DNA of 64,000 nucleotides, taken from positions 96,001 through 160,000 of the forward strand of contig CAWJSR010000002.1 of the NCBI GenBank assembly GCA_963845515.1. The letters are read 5' to 3'. A program made the translations under genes and the position numbers. The stretch's first letter is position 1, and every line of letters starts with the position of its first letter. Below are positions 12,685 to 22,226 of the stretch, piece after piece. The notes beneath the pieces are model-generated. The model was not told where the DNA came from and ran no database searches. It saw only the letters and a program-made list of their open reading frames with translations. The stretch is from an uncultured delta proteobacterium (GTDB lineage: Bacteria > Myxococcota > Myxococcia > Myxococcales > Anaeromyxobacteraceae).

Positions 12685-13325
12685 ACGGTGAGCTGATCAC
12701 GGTGGCGGTCCCCAAGGGCAGGCTCCTCGAGGAGTCCTCGGAGCTCTTCGAGAAGGCGCTCGGCGTCTCTCCCCTGAAGCTCCTCTCCGGCTCGCGCAAG
12801 CTCCACGCCGACGCGCCGGAGGCGGGGCTGCGCTTCACGCAGATCCGAGCCGCGGACGTGGCCACGTTCGTGGAGCACGGCGCGGCCGCCGTCGGCATCG
12901 TCGGGCTCGACGTGCTGCGCGAGGACCCCTGCGACCTCTACGAGCCGCTCGACCTGGGGATCGGGCGCTGCCGCGTCATAGTCGCCCGCCCGCGCGGCGC
13001 CCGGCCGCTTCCGCAAGGGGTGGCGCCTCGGATCGCCACCAAGTACGTGAACCTCGCGGCCCGCCACTTCGCGAAGAAGGGGCTGCCGGCGGAGATCATC
13101 AAGCTGCACGGATCCATCGAGGTCGCGCCCGCGCTCGGCCTCTCGGACGCCATCGTCGACATCACCGAGACCGGCGCCACGCTGGAGGCGAACGGCCTCT
13201 CGATCGACGAGCTCGTGCTCGACGTCTCGGCCCGGCTGGTGGTGAACCGGGTCGCGCTCAAGCTCCACGCGGAGCGGCTCCGGCGGCTCATCGACGCGCT
13301 GCGGAAGGTCTGCGGCCAGGCGTAG
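12681..13325 (+). CDS. hisG: ATP phosphoribosyltransferase, short form
   Basis: GTGA overlap with mur[37 protein letters not shown]; ~214 aa without the C-terminal regulatory domain. Confidence 0.93.
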   Translation: MNGELITVAVPKGRLLEESSELFEKALGVSPLKLLSGSRKLHADAPEAGLRFTQIRAADVATFVEHGAAAVGIVGLDVLREDPCDLYEPLDLGIGRCRVIVARPRGARPLPQGVAPRIATKYVNLAARHFAKKGLPAEIIKLHGSIEVAPALGLSDAIVDITETGATLEANGLSIDELVLDVSARLVVNRVALKLHAERLRRLIDALRKVCGQA

Positions 13326-13468
13326 TGTGTGAGGGGCGTTGATCCGCCCCGCCCCTTCCGCCTACACTCCATCCCCAAACCAGCGATCACCGCTGCGCCC
13401 CCCGTCCACTTGAATCCCGTCTCCCCCTGAACTGCCGTCGAATGGTCCCAAGGAGGACCTGAATCGTC

Positions 13469-13858
13469 ATGGATTGCCCTCGGTGCAGCGTCGAGTTGAC
13501 CCCCCTCACTCAGGAGGACAGCACCATCCAGTGGTGCCCCGACTGCGGAGGCAACTGGGTCGAAGTGACCGACCTGAACAAGATCCTGCTTCACGCCAAC
13601 CTTCCGGCGCTCTCCAGCATCCCGGGGTACGTGAATGCCGAGGAGCTCACCGGCCTGTGCCCGGCCTGCAAGGTCGAGCTGTCGGTGGTCGAGGGGGGCG
13701 AGAAGAAGGCGCTCGCCTACGACTCCTGCGAGTCCTGCGGCGGCATCTGGGTGGACGGCGAGAACGACGAGCCGCCCAAGGAGCAGACGTGGCCCGGGTC
13801 GGTGAAGGAGATCGTCACCTTCTTCCGGGACTTCGCGAAGGCCCCGAAGAAGAAGTAG
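13469..13858 (+). CDS. double zinc-ribbon (zf-TFIIB-like) protein
   Basis: Two CPxC...CxxCGGxW units; GGAGG RBS. Confidence 0.75.
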   Translation: MDCPRCSVELTPLTQEDSTIQWCPDCGGNWVEVTDLNKILLHANLPALSSIPGYVNAEELTGLCPACKVELSVVEGGEKKALAYDSCESCGGIWVDGENDEPPKEQTWPGSVKEIVTFFRDFAKAPKKK

Positions 13859-13872
13859 CCCGTTGAATCTTC

Positions 13873-13911
13873 CCCTCTCCCCCACCGGGGGAGAGGGACG
13901 GGGTGAGGGGG
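13873..13911. repeat. REP-like palindromic repeat between convergent genes
   Basis: ccctctccccc-acc-gggggagaggg-acggggtgagggg. Confidence 0.7.
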
Positions 13912-13915
13912 CACT

Positions 13916-14605
13916 TCACCAGTTCCGATCGTCTCTCCAGGGGTACGCGGTGTTCGAGTACCCGCGGATCTCCCAGTAGCCGCGCTGGTCGTGCGTCAGC
14001 AGCTCGATCCGCTTGAGCCACTTCGCGCCCTTCCAGGCATAGAGCTGGGGGACGACGACGCGGACCGGTCCGCCGTGCTCCCTCGGGAGCGGCCGGCCGT
14101 CGACGCCGACCACCAGGAGCACGTCCTCCTTGATCGCCTCCTCGATGGGGAGGTTGGTCGAGTAGCCGTCGTACGCGTGGGTCATGACGTGCGTCGCCTC
14201 GGGCGCCGGCCGCGCGAGCGCGAGCACCGTCTCGAAGCGGACGCCTGCGAGCTTCAGGTCCAGGACCGACCAGCCGGTGACGCAGTGGAAGTCGGCGTCG
14301 ACCTCGACCTGGGGGAGCGCCATCAGGTCGTCGAACGAGAGCGAGAGCGGGGACGCGACGGCGCCGTCCACCGCGAGCCGCCACTTCTCGCGCGAGACGT
14401 CGGGGGCCTCGCCGAGGTCGAGGACGGGCCACTTCTGCCTGGCGACCGCCTGCCCGGTGGGCACCTTCGGCATCCCGTGCCGGTTCAGGGCGCCAGAGCC
14501 CTGCGGCGCGGCGTCGGCCAGGGACGGTGTCGCGCGGGCCTTCTCGGCGAACCGGGAGCGCAGCTCGGCGACCCCTTCAGCGATGCGGCGCTCGAGATCG
14601 GTCAC
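13916..14605 (-). CDS. molybdopterin-binding sulfite-oxidase-like oxidoreductase
   Basis: DFHCVTGWS, EHGGPVR, YAWKGAKWL, GYWEIRGY motifs. Confidence 0.9.
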   Translation of the reverse strand: MTDLERRIAEGVAELRSRFAEKARATPSLADAAPQGSGALNRHGMPKVPTGQAVARQKWPVLDLGEAPDVSREKWRLAVDGAVASPLSLSFDDLMALPQVEVDADFHCVTGWSVLDLKLAGVRFETVLALARPAPEATHVMTHAYDGYSTNLPIEEAIKEDVLLVVGVDGRPLPREHGGPVRVVVPQLYAWKGAKWLKRIELLTHDQRGYWEIRGYSNTAYPWRDDRNW

Positions 14606-14716
14606 CCCGGATTCGTACCGCAGGCGCCCGTCGCGCGAAATGGGCCGCTGGGGGCCGCGACGGGGTGGATCCTCTTGACTGGCGCCCGGCTTCGAGGCAG
14701 ATCAGGGCCTCCATAC

Positions 14717-14792
14717 GCGGGAATAGCTCAGTTGGTAGAGCATCAGCTTCCCAAGCTGAGGGTCGCCGGTTCGAATCCGGTTTCCCGCTCCA
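14717..14792 (+). tRNA. tRNA-Gly (anticodon CCC)
   Basis: 76-nt cloverleaf GCGGGAA...TTCCCGC-T-CCA; D-arm AGCTCAGTTGGTAGAGC, anticodon loop TTCCCAA, T-loop GGTTCGAATCC, encoded CCA. Confidence 0.97.
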
Positions 14793-14798
14793 AATATT

Positions 14799-14832
14799 CC
14801 GAGGGGTTCCACGGTTTCGTGGAACCCTTCGG
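14799..14832 (+). terminator. hairpin downstream of tRNA (putative terminator)
   Basis: ccgaggggttccacg-gttt-cgtggaacccttcgg, 15-bp stem with one G-U pair; weak U tract. Confidence 0.6.
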
Positions 14833-14935
14833 CGCTTCTGGGCAAGGTCGCGGGCAAGGTTTTCACGAGTCCGTGACGGGACCGACTGGATTAGGACCGC
14901 CCGACCGCGCTCGGGCGGGCGACGGGAGGCTGGTG

Positions 14936-15128
14936 ATGGCTGACCCCAAGCCCTTCGATCCCTCCGACTTCGCGGTCGTCGTCGAGCCGTCCGCCGTGTC
15001 GCTTCGGCCCGAGCTTCAGGACGGGGCGGTGCTCGGACAACGCGCCCACCTCATCCCCTGGGAGGAGATCGGCGAGGACCCGATGGAGTCGGTGGACGCC
15101 TCCATCGCGACCATCGAGTGGGACCTCG
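14936..15128 (+). pseudogene. ORF remnant truncated by IS66
   Basis: GGGAGG RBS then MADPKPFDPSDFAVVVEP...IEWDL running straight into the IS66 inverted repeat. Confidence 0.5.
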
Positions 15129-15225
15129 GTAACCGCTGCACGAAGCCCGTCTGGCGGGCTCGCGGGGAGAGGGGCACCCTCGGGGCGTGGAGTCGATCAG
15201 CGAGCGCGGCCCCGGGGCCGGGCGG

Positions 15226-16950
15226 TCAGTCCGCCGTCACCTGCTCTCCCGGCGTGGCCGGGAGGGGCGGCGGGACGGTGAGAGGGCCGATCTCGGCGGC
15301 CAGCTCGGCGGGGTCGAGCCGGGAGCGGGTCTGGGCCCAGTACTTGGGGGCGAGCTCGAGGTAGCGATCCCTCGGCCAGTGGGCCAGCACGCGGAAGAGG
15401 TCGCGCAGGTAGTCCTCGGGGTCGAGCCGGTGCAGCCGGGCCGAGGCGACGAGCGAGAAGATGTGCCCCGCAGCCTCGCCGTGGTCGTGGCTGCCGACGA
15501 AGAGCCAGCTCTTCCTTCCGACGGCGATTCTCCTCAGCTCACGCTCAGACCTGTTGTTCTCAAGGTGAAGGCGCCCGTCGTCGAGCACCCGCATGAGCGC
15601 CTCTTTCTGGCGGACGGCGTAGCCGAGCGCGGAGCGCAGGAGCCCTCGCTGGTCGCGGACGCGCTCGTGCTCGACCTCCGCCCACGCGAAGAAGTCCTCG
15701 AGGTGCGGCCGAAGGTACTGGCTGCGAGCGCGCTGGACGGCATCGGACGGCTCGCGCCGCCACCCGTCATCGAGCGCGAACATGTAGCCGATGCGCGCGA
15801 GCCCCTCGCGGGCGACCTCGCTCTTCGTGCAGGTCGCCTCCCAGAACTTTCTCCGTGCGTGGCTCCAACATCCGACTTCGAGCCGGGTATCGCCTTCGCC
15901 GTCTTCGGGCGGATGGTCCGGCTCGCGGAAGAGCACGTCGTAGACGCTCTTCGCGTCGGCCTGGATGTACCCGGAGTAGCCCTCGAACATCTCCACGAGC
16001 GTCGCGCTCGTCTCCTTGCGCGCGTACTCGAAGAAGATGTGGTCCCGGTCGGCGATCTGCACGAAGTAGTGGCCCCGGTGGCAGGCCTGGGCCTTGCCGT
16101 CCTCCCGGGCCTCGGGCTGCACCGGGATTCCGGTCGCGTCGGTGGCGATGCAGAAGGCCGTCCGCCACGCCTCCTCCCGAGCGGCGGCGACGACCGTCGC
16201 GCCGGCGGTCGCCCCCGCGTCCTCCACCCACCGGCTCATCGTGCCCCGGTCGAGGGGGAAGCCGTCGCGGGCGAGCCGGTTCTCGATCCGGTTGAGCGGC
16301 AGCCCGTCGCAGAACTTGTCGGTGAGGATGTGCGCGAGGAGCGACGGGGCCGCGAGCGAGCGTGGGAAGCATTCCGGCGGCATCGGCGTGGTCTCGATCA
16401 TCGAGTCGCCGTGCTCGTCGACGACCCGGTACTTCGCCCGAGCGTGGACGAGCATCCGGGCGCCGCCGCGCTGCCAGGCCACCTTGCGGCTCTCCTCGAA
16501 CCCGAACCGCTCGGCCTTCCCCTCGGCGACGAGCTTCTCGAAGAGCGGCTCGAACGTCTCGACCCGCACTACCGGCATCTTCAGGTCGCGCAGGTCACGG
16601 CGGCCCGTGGGCTTGCGCTTCTCGGAGCCGCCCTGGCCGCCTGCCGCGGCGACCGGCGGCGGGCCACCGCCGAGCCGGTCGAGCGCCGCCAACTTCTCCG
16701 CGAACTCCAGCTCGAGCTGCGCGGTGTCCACGCGCTCCGCCTTCGCGACGAAGATGCGCCGCTTGAGCAACTCCAGCTCCAGGCGGAGCCGCTCGTGCGA
16801 GGCCCGCAGGAGGTCCCGCTCCTCAGTGAGCTTTACCACCCGCTCCTGCGCCGACGCGTGGGCCGCCCGCTCGGCGGCGTGGGCGACGCGTTCGGCGGCG
16901 AGCGCCGCCTCCAGGTCCGTGATCCGGGTGACCGTCGCCGCCGCTTGCAT
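15226..16950 (-). CDS. tnpC: IS66 DDE transposase
   Basis: KFCDGLPLNR, ATDATG, QADAKSVY, GCWSHARRKF, LENNRSERELR, GRKSWLF; start taken at MQAAAT. Confidence 0.92.
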   Translation of the reverse strand: MQAAATVTRITDLEAALAAERVAHAAERAAHASAQERVVKLTEERDLLRASHERLRLELELLKRRIFVAKAERVDTAQLELEFAEKLAALDRLGGGPPPVAAAGGQGGSEKRKPTGRRDLRDLKMPVVRVETFEPLFEKLVAEGKAERFGFEESRKVAWQRGGARMLVHARAKYRVVDEHGDSMIETTPMPPECFPRSLAAPSLLAHILTDKFCDGLPLNRIENRLARDGFPLDRGTMSRWVEDAGATAGATVVAAAREEAWRTAFCIATDATGIPVQPEAREDGKAQACHRGHYFVQIADRDHIFFEYARKETSATLVEMFEGYSGYIQADAKSVYDVLFREPDHPPEDGEGDTRLEVGCWSHARRKFWEATCTKSEVAREGLARIGYMFALDDGWRREPSDAVQRARSQYLRPHLEDFFAWAEVEHERVRDQRGLLRSALGYAVRQKEALMRVLDDGRLHLENNRSERELRRIAVGRKSWLFVGSHDHGEAAGHIFSLVASARLHRLDPEDYLRDLFRVLAHWPRDRYLELAPKYWAQTRSRLDPAELAAEIGPLTVPPPLPATPGEQVTAD

Positions 16951-16984
16951 CGCGGGATCACTTGTAGCCGCTGCGATCGATCTG

Positions 16985-17332
16985 TCAATGGGTGCGCAGC
17001 GGTCGCGCTCTCTTTTCCTTCGCCTGCACGTCGATCCCGTCGAGAAGGTCATCCAGCGCCCGCTCGTCGATGGCGACGCTCGTCGCGCTGCTCTCCGCCT
17101 CGGGCAGCCGGAAGGTGCCGCGGTCGAGTCGCTTGTAGAAGACGCACATCCCGGTCCCGTCGCTGAAGAGCACCTTGATCGCGTCGCGCCGCTTCCCGAA
17201 AAAGACGAAGAGCGCGCCGCAGCGTGCCTCCCGGCCGATGCGCTCCGTCACGATGCCGGCCAGCCGGTCGAAGCTCCAGCGCAGGTCGATCGGGTCCAGC
17301 CCGACGAACACATCCACGCCGTGCGGGATCAT
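16985..17332 (-). CDS. tnpB: IS66 accessory protein TnpB
   Basis: PIDLRWSFDRLAG...LFVFFGKRRDAIKVLFSDGTG...KRLDRGTF. Confidence 0.92.
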   Translation of the reverse strand: MIPHGVDVFVGLDPIDLRWSFDRLAGIVTERIGREARCGALFVFFGKRRDAIKVLFSDGTGMCVFYKRLDRGTFRLPEAESSATSVAIDERALDDLLDGIDVQAKEKRARPLRTH

Positions 17333-17673
17333 CGGCGGCTCCGCGCGGCGGCAGCGAGCACCTCGTCGAGGACCATCGCCAGGGTCCCATGGTCGAAGCC
17401 CACGCGCACGACGATCCGCGCCCCACCCACCTCCACGACCAGATCGGCGGCGGCGTCACGCGTCGGCGCCCGCGTCTCCTGCTGGCCTCGGCGCACACGA
17501 ACCACCTTGGCCATGCGAACCCGCGACCGCGCCCCGTCGCCATGCGCCAGCCGGTGTGCCCAGTGCCGCAGCCCGCCCGCGGTGAAGTCCTTGCCCGCGC
17601 AATACGCCGGCGACGACAGGCCGCTCGCCTTCCACTCCGCCACCCGCTGAACCCACACCTCGCGATCGGTCAT
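17329..17673 (-). CDS. tnpA: IS66 accessory protein TnpA
   Basis: W..RV.EWKASGLS...YC HTH-like N-terminus; ATGA overlap with tnpB. Confidence 0.85.
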   Translation of the reverse strand: MTDREVWVQRVAEWKASGLSSPAYCAGKDFTAGGLRHWAHRLAHGDGARSRVRMAKVVRVRRGQQETRAPTRDAAADLVVEVGGARIVVRVGFDHGTLAMVLDEVLAAAARSRR

Positions 17674-17728
17674 GCCCCGCAGTCTGCGGCGCGCCCTTCA
17701 CGCTCGCCAGCCGGGGTCTATGCAGCGG

Positions 17729-18634
17729 TTACAGGTACTTCGTGGTTGGCGCGAGGTAGGAACGCAACTCGGCCAAGCTCACGGTCTCGATCCCGTCGGC
17801 TCTCAGTCCCCATGCCCCCTTGCCCCAGAGAATCGCGTGGAAGAGCTGGACCTCCTCGCGATGGGCGTCTGCGGAAACGCGTGGCTTGCTGGGCAAGTTG
17901 CCGTCCCAGCATGTCAGCGCCAGTTTGCAGGCGACTTCAACCATCCCCAGTCGCTCAAGACGCCACGCGGAGTACGGCTGGCTGAGAAGGGCGATCGGCG
18001 GCGCAAAGGTTCCGCTGCGGACCTCACTCCGCCAGCGCACTCCGAGTTCTAGTTGGGCCTCTAGTTCCCGCGCATACCCGTCGCACACCTTGAGCAGCTC
18101 CTTCAGCAAGTGCTCATCGAGCTGGGCCGCCTCAACCCCTTCCACTCCCCCTGAAACGAGGTCCGCGAGCGTCCTGCTTCCCTTGCTGAACGTGCGGGCC
18201 TCCTGCTGGCTGATTCCGGTCGGAACAATGAAGGGAGGCAGAGTTCCCACCCTCATCAATGCCCTCGCCGACCCGGACACCGCGCCGTAAAGGCTCACCA
18301 CGGAGGTCGGTGCGTACTCGCTCGACAGGAGCCACTGCAAGTAGGCCTTCAGCGTGGTTAGGTTGAGGGTCAGAATCCCGGCGCCACGCTGCCTGCAAGC
18401 CCACCTCAGAAAGGTTGAGAGTGCGCCGAAGCGAGTCCGGTTGGTGTCGTTTCGAGTTTCGGGTTCTTCGCTCGTCGAGAGGCCTTCAGAAAAGGCTTCG
18501 GCGATCACGCCCGCGACGCTCCTTGCCTTCGCATAGGGCGTGAAGTCGTATAGCCGTCCATCGGCGCACCTCACGAGCAGTGACCAATCGGCCGCCTCCC
18601 GCGCCGGACCGCACCGGATGCCACCCCTCTTCAC
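17729..18634 (-). pseudogene. second recombinase-like gene (core-binding region), 3'-truncated by IS66
   Basis: GTG start overlaps the integrase stop (GTGA); helical pattern TRFGALSTFLRWA...LKAYLQWL; its stop codon TAA lies inside the IS66 IR. Confidence 0.55.
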
Positions 18635-19833
18635 TCCGAGGACCCCTTGATGTGGTCCTTCTCCCACCGGTCGTTGACGACATGCGCTCTGGCGACCAGC
18701 TCCCGCTCCATTTCGGCAAGGTGGGTGTAGCCTGCGCTGGACTTCTCCACGCTGTGCCCGAGTTGGGACATGACCCATCTCAGCGGCCGAATGCCGAATC
18801 TGTGAGCGCCTGCTGCCACACCGGTACCTGCCGCGTGACGGTTGGCATGGAACCTCTTGAAGATGCCCGCGTTCCTCGCAGCCCGGCGCCATGTCGTGGA
18901 GACGTAGCCCTCCGACATCGGCCTGCCCCGGTTGGTCAGGAACAGCGCCTTCGGATCCCGGAAGGTGCTGTCGCTCTCCCGGCAACGCTCCACCAGGTTC
19001 GCGCGAACGGTATCGATGTACTTGCGCACCTTGTGGACGAGCTGCCGAGGAACGAGCACCGCGTATTCCTTGCCGCCCTTCGAGTACTCGGGGTCCAGAT
19101 CGATGGCATACGCGACCTCGTCGAGCGCGAGAGAGCTGAACTGGTCCACAGTCAGGCCGCGAACCTGGAGACGCCTGAGGCCGATGTAGTGACCACACTC
19201 GGCCGTGAGCTCGTCCCTCAGCAGGAGGCCAGGATCTGCGCGATCGCTTGCAGCCAGGACCGAGAACAGCTCGCCTCGCGTCACCACTTTCGGCTGGCGA
19301 CGGAATCGCCGCGGCAGGTGCAAGGCCGGTGTTCTTGAAACTCCGGACAGGCTCCTGGAGGCGCGGCCGCCGCTTATGCAGAAGGGCCGATAGTCCAGGA
19401 GCCCGAACTCATAGGCCCACTGGTAGAAGCCGGCGACAGCGATCGCGTAGAGCGAACCGGTCGCCGTCTTCCTGGACTTCGAGAAGGCTCGAATGTCCGA
19501 GAGGGTGACCTCGGTCCAGAAGAGATTCCGGTGTCCCAGGAGCTTCCACCAGGCCAGCAGACCGCGCCCGTAGGTCCAGGCCGTCCTGAGCGAGTTCCCC
19601 GCCGCCTGAGCCAGATACAGGCTGGGAGCCGGCTCGAGCCTCCCATCGACCAGCATGATCGGGCGGCCCTCGTAGCCGGCGTCCTCGATCCTCAGCTCGC
19701 TCGTCGCGGCCACGAGTCGTACCCGATCATGCGTGGGCGAATTGCGCCTAGGTCGACGCCCATTGTCAGCGGCCGGGAGGGTCGAACTCCGCGCCCGAGC
19801 GATGCCCGCTCCGCTCGCCGCGTCGTCGCTCAT
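18631..19833 (-). CDS. tyrosine recombinase/integrase
   Basis: Catalytic pattern GLRR, SKGGK, FHANRH, LGHS, Y (SAGYTH). Confidence 0.9.
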   Translation of the reverse strand: MSDDAASGAGIARARSSTLPAADNGRRPRRNSPTHDRVRLVAATSELRIEDAGYEGRPIMLVDGRLEPAPSLYLAQAAGNSLRTAWTYGRGLLAWWKLLGHRNLFWTEVTLSDIRAFSKSRKTATGSLYAIAVAGFYQWAYEFGLLDYRPFCISGGRASRSLSGVSRTPALHLPRRFRRQPKVVTRGELFSVLAASDRADPGLLLRDELTAECGHYIGLRRLQVRGLTVDQFSSLALDEVAYAIDLDPEYSKGGKEYAVLVPRQLVHKVRKYIDTVRANLVERCRESDSTFRDPKALFLTNRGRPMSEGYVSTTWRRAARNAGIFKRFHANRHAAGTGVAAGAHRFGIRPLRWVMSQLGHSVEKSSAGYTHLAEMERELVARAHVVNDRWEKDHIKGSSE

Positions 19834-20072
19834 GACGCGGTCCTATTCATTCGGGCAAGTAGCACCTTCACGCGGCAGCCCAGGGCCCGCGCGATCTTCT
19901 CGGCCGACGCGGGCGACACGACGCCGTGCCGCTCAGCAGCTCCCACCGTGTTGAGCGAAAGCCCCGCCCTCACGGCCAGCGCCACCTGGGTCAGCCTGCG
20001 CCGCTCTCGCAGGTCGCGAAGGGACTCCTTCCGGCGCGGACGGCCCTTGCGCTTGGGCATGGACGTGGGCAT
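19830..20072 (-). CDS. XRE-family helix-turn-helix regulator
   Basis: LRDLRERRRLTQVALAVRAGLSLNTVGAAE...IARALG; ATGA overlap with the integrase start. Confidence 0.75.
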   Translation of the reverse strand: MPTSMPKRKGRPRRKESLRDLRERRRLTQVALAVRAGLSLNTVGAAERHGVVSPASAEKIARALGCRVKVLLARMNRTAS

Positions 20073-20225
20073 GGCGGGAGCGTGCCCATGCCCAGCCTCG
20101 AGTTTTCCAACAGAAAGGTCACGATGCCTTTCTTGTTGTGGAACGACACCCCCTTCTGGTTGGCGGCGGCAGCTAGAGCCCTGCCCCGAGTTTCGCGACC
20201 AACGGTTGCACCCTGCTCTTGGTGA

Positions 20226-21062
20226 GCGGTCGCAGCTTGAGCCGGCCCGCGAGCTTCGCGATTTGCTGAACCTCGCTCTGCGAGAGCTCCAACCGGTCCC
20301 CCGCCGAGGTCCTCGGGGCACTCGTCGCCAATGGCGCGGCAGCTTGTTGTCGAACGCCGGCCTCTTCGGCTTGGCAGCGGCAACTCGATCGCGCTCGCGA
20401 GGTTGGCGATGTGCTGCTGCACGGCGCTCTCGGAAAGCTCGACGCGCCTTCCACCGAAGCCCCCGGCGAACTCGTCGGCAATCGCTCTGTAGGTCATGCC
20501 ACCTACGACGTGAAGCGCCAGCATCCTCAGGCGATCGGGAACCGACACCCGCGATGGACGTCGCTTTCTCCAGGAGACCTGCGCGTAGCCCGCGCGGAAG
20601 GTCTCCTCCTTTCGGCGCCGCACGAAAGCCTCGAACCTCTCCCGGAGGCTCGCTCTCGCTCTCCAGGAGAACGTTCCATTCCAGCGGGTCCGATCCCATC
20701 TCGTTTCGTTCGACCTCGCTCATCGTGTGGGCCTCCGCGTACCACTCCCGCGTGGGTCTCTCGTCGCGCGTCGCCCAGACCTGGAGAGTCGTGCGTGCTG
20801 CGGCTCTAATCCAGACGGCGGACAGATGGTGCGCGCCGAGAATGTCGGCGATCTCTGCGTCAGGGAGGGCGGGCAGCGGCCGGTGCCGGCTCCGTCTTTC
20901 GTGAAGCGCTGCGAGCTTCACGAGTACCTCGGGGAACAGCTCGTCGACGATGTCGAGGAAGCGCATCCGAAGCAGGTAAGTCGCCCGAGCTCCGGTCCCC
21001 GGCAGATCCGCGAGCCTCGTCGGATCCCATTGCCTTAGGAAGGTGCGGAGTCCTGGTTCCAT
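20226..21062 (-). CDS. hypothetical protein with possible C-terminal HTH (apparent frameshift ~20640; 3' end uncertain)
   Basis: N-terminal part in ORF 19830..21089, continuation GMTYRAIADE...SESAVQQHI in ORF 19991..20623. Confidence 0.4.
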
Positions 21063-21257
21063 TCGTTCTCCCTCACCAGTTGGGTACATCTAGCGAAGAA
21101 GCTGCCGTTACGAAGCTGTCCGCGATTTCGTGGGCGGCGTCGCTACCACCCGAGCGTCTCCTCAACTGCCTCCCCGACCCAGGCACCTTCCAGCCGCCAC
21201 TTCGAGAGTCACCGCTCGACATCACCTCCGCGATGCGCGTACCAGCGTCGAACACCG

Positions 21258-21842
21258 CTATCGCGGACTCGACCAGTTCAGAATACGTCCGGTCCGCCTG
21301 GGACGTTGCTGCAGGAGTTCAGCGCGGTTCACCAGACCTTCCGCAATCAACCGTGGCTTCACTTCCTCAAGGAGCGCCCTCAGGCGCTCGAACGCTCCCC
21401 TCTCGCCGTTCAGGAGGGGGACGAAGGGATTTGCCACCATCGTGTTCCAGTGGATCTTCAGACTCGGCGACTGCTCCAAGCGCTCCTCTCCCCCTACCTC
21501 GAATCGAAGCACCCCGTATCGGCGCAGCAACTCGAGCAAGCAGGAGAGCACGAAGCTGTCGACCACCTTGCAGAGCGTCTCCACCTCGATCTCTATCAAG
21601 CGCGGTGGCGTCTTCGACCACTGGCGGACGTGTTCGAGGGCCAGAATCATCACGCCCGCCGAAGGGCGAGGCTCGCCCTCTCGCGGCCTACCGTCCACGT
21701 CGTAGTCGTTCGGCCAGACGTGAAGGAGCAGGTCTAGCGGAATCAGCCGCAGGTAGTCCGTCAGAGGCAAGGGGCACGTGAAGCGATCCTCGCACTCATG
21801 GAGAAAGCTGACGGCCATCTCGGTGAATTCCTTCTCGTCCAT
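21258..21842 (-). CDS. hypothetical protein
   Basis: GAGGAG RBS, globular amino-acid composition, no motif recognised. Confidence 0.55.
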   Translation of the reverse strand: MDEKEFTEMAVSFLHECEDRFTCPLPLTDYLRLIPLDLLLHVWPNDYDVDGRPREGEPRPSAGVMILALEHVRQWSKTPPRLIEIEVETLCKVVDSFVLSCLLELLRRYGVLRFEVGGEERLEQSPSLKIHWNTMVANPFVPLLNGERGAFERLRALLEEVKPRLIAEGLVNRAELLQQRPRRTGRILNWSSPR

Positions 21843-22000
21843 CTCGTGTCTCCTCGATGCCGCCCCAACCTCTGGGGCGGGGGCCCGAGCCTTCGTGGAT
21901 GTGGACGAGCTTAGGTGACGAGATCATGCGTTCGCTATAGCGAACGCTGCGGAGATCGGAACCCCCTACGGTCGGGGTGCCCAGTGACGTGGGCACTCCG

Positions 22001-22208
22001 ATGGACGCCGTCCACAAGAAACTCGCTGCTCGGATTCGCGTACTTGCGCGGAAGCGTCGGTGGTCTGCCAACCAGGTGGCCGACTTCGCCGGCGTCAGCC
22101 GCGGCTACCTCTCCGAGCTTCCTCGCGGCCCGCAAGTCCCCCTCGCTTCGAACGCTCGCGAAGATCGCAGCGGCGTTCGAGGTGGAGGTGAGGGACCTGT
22201 TGGACTGA
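22001..22208 (+). CDS. XRE-family HTH regulator (apparent frameshift ~22125)
   Basis: MDAVHKKLAARIRVLARKRRWSANQVADFAGVSRGYLSEL joins RKSPSLRTLAKIAAAFEVEVRDLLD in another frame. Confidence 0.7.
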
Positions 22209-22226
22209 CGGGCGGCGCTACCCGCC

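Larger units (their letters stand above)
15129..17732 (-). mobile_element. IS66-family insertion sequence (2604 bp)
   Basis: Terminal IRs GTAACCGCTGCAcgaagcccgtCTGGCG (15129) and GTAACCGCTGCAtagaccccggCTGGCG (reverse strand from 17732); tnpA-tnpB-tnpC order; flanks do not match, so no TSD. Confidence 0.93.

Noticed and set aside
17729..22208. Prophage
   Set aside because: Only recombinases, HTH regulators and hypotheticals; no capsid, terminase, tail or lysis genes.
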